A DNA stretch of 14,535 nt. Source: Selaginella moellendorffii (lineage: Eukaryota > Plantae > Lycopodiophyta). The position numbers and the translations under genes were made by a program. This document shows, piece by piece, positions 10,355 to 14,535 of the stretch; position 1 is the first letter of the stretch; every line of letters starts with the position of its first letter. The stretch is from NCBI RefSeq assembly GCF_000143415.4, contig NW_003314262.1, forward strand, positions 6,146,450 to 6,160,984, given 5' to 3'. The notes beneath the pieces are model-generated. The model saw nothing but the letters and a program-made list of their open reading frames with translations. It did not search any database and was not told the origin of the DNA.

Positions 10355-11151
10355 TTAAATTTTGTTAGTCCATAATAATTTTCTAAAATTGAACAAATGA
10401 GAATTAATAGTAACTTCTTCTGTGTCTTCTAATTTTAAAATTACAATCTTTACACAATTTAAGCAATCAACCTTAGTTTCCCAAATAGTAAATCCTTTTT
10501 TGTCCTTAATGATTAGCTTTCCATTCGGCTCAAGATGAAACATACAGACTATACTAACTTTTCCAGTATTTGAAGACCATATGCTTTGTTTACTAATAAT
10601 ATCTTCAATTATTAAGTTACAGTTACTTATAGTTGCTCTATATTTATTATTATCTGAGATTAAAGAATTCTCATTTATGATATGAGAGCCAAATAGTTCT
10701 AGAGGACCATTCATTAATATTGATCTATATGGCCAACAATATGATGTATCAAAATCAACAAAATTTAAAATATTTGGTGGTGGATTTCTATCATCAGGCA
10801 AACCTTTTGGATATTCCAAATTAGGGTATTGTTCATCAGGATTTCCACAAAATCTATTGAAAAATATCTATATACTGTACCAATCATTCCTAAACCATAA
10901 AGACGAGTATGATATTCTACAAGTCGTAACATTTCAGAAAATGTATCTCTTACATATTGCCCTTGAAATACAAAATAAGGCTGAAGAGATGGGCAAGCAA
11001 AGTTTCGTATTCTAGTAGGAACTATATAAATTCTTAGCATCACTTGTTGAGCACCAACAAGAATGGTATCATAAATATAATATCCATTTGAACCAGGTAC
11101 AATCAAACTACTACCATCAATAGTTTCAATCAAACGTCTTAAGTGATACAT
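10355..11151 (-). pseudogene. Unknown N-terminal region + bulb-type (GNA/B-) lectin domain protein, copy 1, frameshifted near 10847
   Basis: ORFs 10765-11151 and 10355-10819 join into one protein colinear with copy 2 (YRYFSIDF / GNP...YPKGLPDD). The C-terminus has the B-lectin pattern SLISDNNKYRA..CNLII..SIWSSNT..HLEPNGKLII..TIWET..LKLEDT..LLWTN. True start uncertain. Confidence 0.78.
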
Positions 11152-12510
11152 TATAGTGCTTATGTGACGCCTGCCAAAATGAGCAATATTGCCAAACCAT
11201 CTAGTCTGTGGTCAAGAATCAAATTAACCTATTGATCATTTTTAGATGTAAAAGGATGATCAATGAAATTATATAGTATAAGGTAGCAGAAACTTACAAA
11301 ATGGACAGCTGGCTTTGTTCGATGGTGAAATTCAACGGCAGCATCAAAATTGTCAAGTCAACAAAAATCCAAGCTAATTGTGGTATTGTAATTTTGCACT
11401 TTTACCTCCAGCACTTCACCAATTTTCAGCATTATTATCTTAACCATATCTGCAATCTCTCAGGATTTCTCAGGATGGCTACTCAAGATGAGTGGTACTC
11501 AAGAATAAACTGCCCAAGCTTACGATATCACTGTTAGCACAAGCTTGAACGAGATCAACAGCGTGGCTCGTTGCTCGTTTCTCAGGATGAAATTGAACAA
11601 ATTTGGTAAAAATACATGTTACGAATAGTAACTGAAAAGATGGCCGCTTTTTAGGTCATGCGGAAAAACATATCAACAACCAAAAGACGAGGCCTAATTT
11701 AGGCCTGACGACAAGAACTTCGAGTCCTAATGGCCAACGTTATGCCACATGCAGTCTAGGTGCGCATGGCCACTCCACGATGTGAGCAACTCTCACTGAT
11801 ATGCTAGTGTCATTCTTTCTGAAATTTTGCCACAAAACCAAAAGAAATCCCTTGTTCGGGCTGGCAGTGTCTTGGAATCGCGTGGACCAGCACAAACCTT
11901 GAGCAACTAATCTGGCATGACTTAACACATGTTTGCAGCGGCATCCGTAAGTTAGTATCCATTTTTGTTTATTCATCAAATTGTGAGGATAACAAACCGA
12001 AGAGATTGAAAAGAAATTTGAAATGTGATGTCGACACTTCTAATACAAGCTTATGTTTCTTTATGATCAGGTTGAGGCTCTTGAAGAGATTGCAATCGCT
12101 GCACACGTAAGATGATGGGGAGGTCTTCCTTCTTAAGGTGTCTCTCTACAGGACACCCGAGCCGATGTGATTGATTGGTCATCTCATAGACGATGACTTT
12201 GTTGCGTTTTCCCGACGCGCTGACGTTCTCGCATTGCACTAGATTTCGCTATCTCTTACATGATTTTCTGCAGATCGGTTGAAACCTGGTGGCTTTTTGT
12301 GCTCAAAGAGAACATTAGACATGGTACAAGTAGTTTTTTTTGCTTGCTAAACAGTTTTGTGCTCTCCAGGTTTTGTTATTGACAAACTTGAAGTGTCACG
12401 CTCTGATCTATTGGAACCAAGGTCAGTTCTTATTTCTGATAGCATACAGTAATTGATGTTTTCTTCTCCAGTTGCAAAAGGGGTTCCCTCGTGAACTGTT
12501 CGCAGTGAGA

Positions 12511-13458
12511 ATGTATGCGTGTTGCAAGAAAATACTGCGCCAAGCTCTGCTTCGAAAGATGCTCGGGCATCAAAGGGGGCTAAAATGGACGGTTCTTCTG
12601 ATTTTCTACGCTCGATCCGGTGAGGTGGGCGATCCCGCGCGATTGTTTGATGCAATGCTGGAGGGGATCTGGCATCGTGGACTGCTATGTGCAGTTGCCC
12701 AGCTTGGTGATCTGGAGTAATCGAAGAAATTTTTAGATGCAATGCCGGAACGCGACGCCGCGATGCTGAACTCGTTCGGACAGAAGGGATATCTGGAAGA
12801 AGTGTGTGGGATTTACGAGAGAACGGAGGAGAGAAACCATGTTTCCAAGACGGCGCTTCTTACTGTATACTCCTACACTGCATTTAAGAGATGTTTGCGA
12901 AAATGGAGGAATTTGATGAACACAATGCTTTCGATGCATGCGAGATACGGCCAGATGGATGAAGCAAAGAATCTCTTTGATCGCATGCAAGAGAATGCTT
13001 ACTGTATTTGCTCAGAACGGGAATCTTGAAGAAGCTAAGAATTTGTTTAGTGCCATGGAAGAAAGGGAAATAGGCTGCCTATGCAAACTTGGGGCTTGTA
13101 TCATCTTGCGAGAAAATCGTCTACGAAATGATTCAAATTCACTCCTAACAGATTATACAGAGAACGGGCAATTTGAAAAGGCTGTGAGCATCTTTCCAGT
13201 GATGTATGAGCGGAATCTTCTCTCTTGGAACTCTGTTCCATTAGGAGGAACTAGTTCCAAGCAGCATTACAGCTTTTGTTGAGAAGAGCTGGACATCTGG
13301 ATGATTATCAAGAACTTGTTTATTCAATGCGTTTTGTTGCTGATGCCTCAGTCCTCGTGCTAGTGCCAAGGAGATTTGTGTGTGAGAGTGACATGACCCA
13401 TCTAGTATCCTATATTCTCCTCAAACATTCTCTGTGTTCTGAAAATAAGAACTGCTAA
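12511..13458 (+). pseudogene. Pentatricopeptide-repeat (PLS/E-like) pseudogene
   Basis: Broken PPR motifs in shifting frames: YARSGEVGDPARLFDAM, MPERD..FGQKGYLEE..ERNHVS, HARYGQMDEAKNLFDRMQE, FAQNGNLEEAKNLFSAMEER, YTENGQFEKAVSIFPVMYERNLLSWN, and C-terminal RAGHLDDYQELVYSMRFVADA. Confidence 0.88.
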
Positions 13459-13840
13459 ACTATTTTTATAAATGGCAATATTGTTTTTAAGTCAATATAT
13501 TTGATACTAGATAATGTCTTGCAAAAGTGATACTGTGCCGGACCAATCTACTCGGGAGCAATCCTGTAGCAAGAAGAAGACGAAAAGGTCAGAAGTCAAG
13601 GCAGAGATATTGCAGCTTAGAAAACCATTGGTTAGTGTGTGCATGCGACAATGTGTAATCTTGGTCGTCTGTGGCTGTGCTTGTGCGAGCATAGTCGGTA
13701 TTGGTGGGGTGTGTGGTGTGTGCAAGTATTCCACCATGCCAACCAAAATAAATTATGCCTCATGTTGTTATTTGGTATCAAAACATAGGTTAGATTAACC
13801 AAATTTAGTAGATAAATGAATACACAATTTTGTTTTAATT

Positions 13841-14414
13841 TTACTTGAGTGGTTTATTTGTCCATATTACTGTTTTAAAACTATGAAAATAAACTAACTA
13901 ACGAGTTCTCCTGTGTCTTCTAATTTTAAAATAGCAACTTTTATACAATTCAAGCATTTAATATCAATTCCCCAAATAGTAAAACCTTTATTATCTAGTA
14001 TAACTACTTTTCCATTCGGTTGAAGATGAAGTAGACAAGTTATACCAACTTTTTCAGTATTTGTAGACCATATACTTTGTTTTGAAATAATATCTTCAAT
14101 TATTAAGTTACAATTGTTTATAGTTGCTCTATATTTATTGTTATTTGAAATTAATGAATTTCCAGTTCTGATATAAGAGCCTGAAAATTTCAGAGGACCA
14201 TTTATTAATGATGATCTATATAGCCAGCAAAATGATTCATCAGAATCTATGATATTTAAAATATTTGGTGGTGGATTTGTATCATCAGGTAAACCTTTTG
14301 GATAATTAATAATAGGAAATGGTTTATTAGAATTCCTTATAGGATTTCCAAGTGCTATAAAATCTATTGAAAAGTACCTATAAACTGTAATAATTACTCC
14401 TAGACCATAAAGAC
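13841..14414 (-). pseudogene. Unknown region + bulb-type lectin domain protein, copy 2; 5' part replaced or interrupted, 1-nt frameshift near 13895
   Basis: ORF 13894-14466 is clearly homologous to copy 1 from LYGLG onward. After ELVS* another frame reads VYFHSFKTVIWTNKPLK*, matching copy 1 HLFNFRKLLWTNKI*. Confidence 0.78.
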
Positions 14415-14415
14415 T

Positions 14416-14535
14416 TGCAGGTGACTTGCTTCCGAATAAGTGGCACGGGGGTGATGGTGACTTCACTTCTATGGGTATAATACAGCTATCCAGGTATGAA
14501 GCTCAGAAGCGACGGGACTGGAACACCTTCGGCCA
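14416..14535. mobile_element. Possible insertion edge (TG-starting, GC-richer; perhaps an LTR) interrupting lectin copy 2
   Basis: Homology with copy 1 stops abruptly after CCATAAAGAC (14414); the following sequence begins TGCAGG and is GC-richer. It runs off the window. Confidence 0.3.

Noticed and set aside
11455-11590. Short CTCARGA repeats as an array or CRISPR-like structure
   Set aside because: Units of 7-8 nt with irregular spacing in a eukaryotic context; no repeat-spacer regularity.
13690-13750. GGILAHTTHPTN resembling a matrixin motif (minus strand)
   Set aside because: No flanking MMP motifs such as HGD or HExxH; likely chance in GT-rich low-complexity DNA.

Overview
Eukaryotic, plant-like, TE-rich window containing a 100-N scaffold gap; no clearly intact protein-coding gene. 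The host is probably a seedless plant such as Selaginella (inferred from the 5S variant, the short-repeat PPR remnant and a 44-nt intron). Main contents: (1) a complete, very young 593-bp Cassandra-type TRIM retrotransposon (2124-2716) with two 194-bp LTRs identical by eye, each carrying the internal Pol III promoter half of 5S rRNA, plus a Met-tRNAi PBS, a PPT and a 5-bp TSD (ACTAG); (2) a decayed, 5'-truncated Helitron Rep-Pif1 helicase ORF on the minus strand (about 3631-5960) and a Helitron-like hairpin+CTAG terminus of opposite polarity at 3305-3333; (3) decayed gene-like fragments at about 6000-9400; (4) two frameshifted, very AT-rich paralogs encoding an unrecognised N-terminal region fused to a C-terminal bulb-type lectin domain (10355-11151 and 13841-14414), flanking (5) a GC-richer PPR pseudogene (about 12511-13458). 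All motif comparisons were made by eye or from memory, without database searches.
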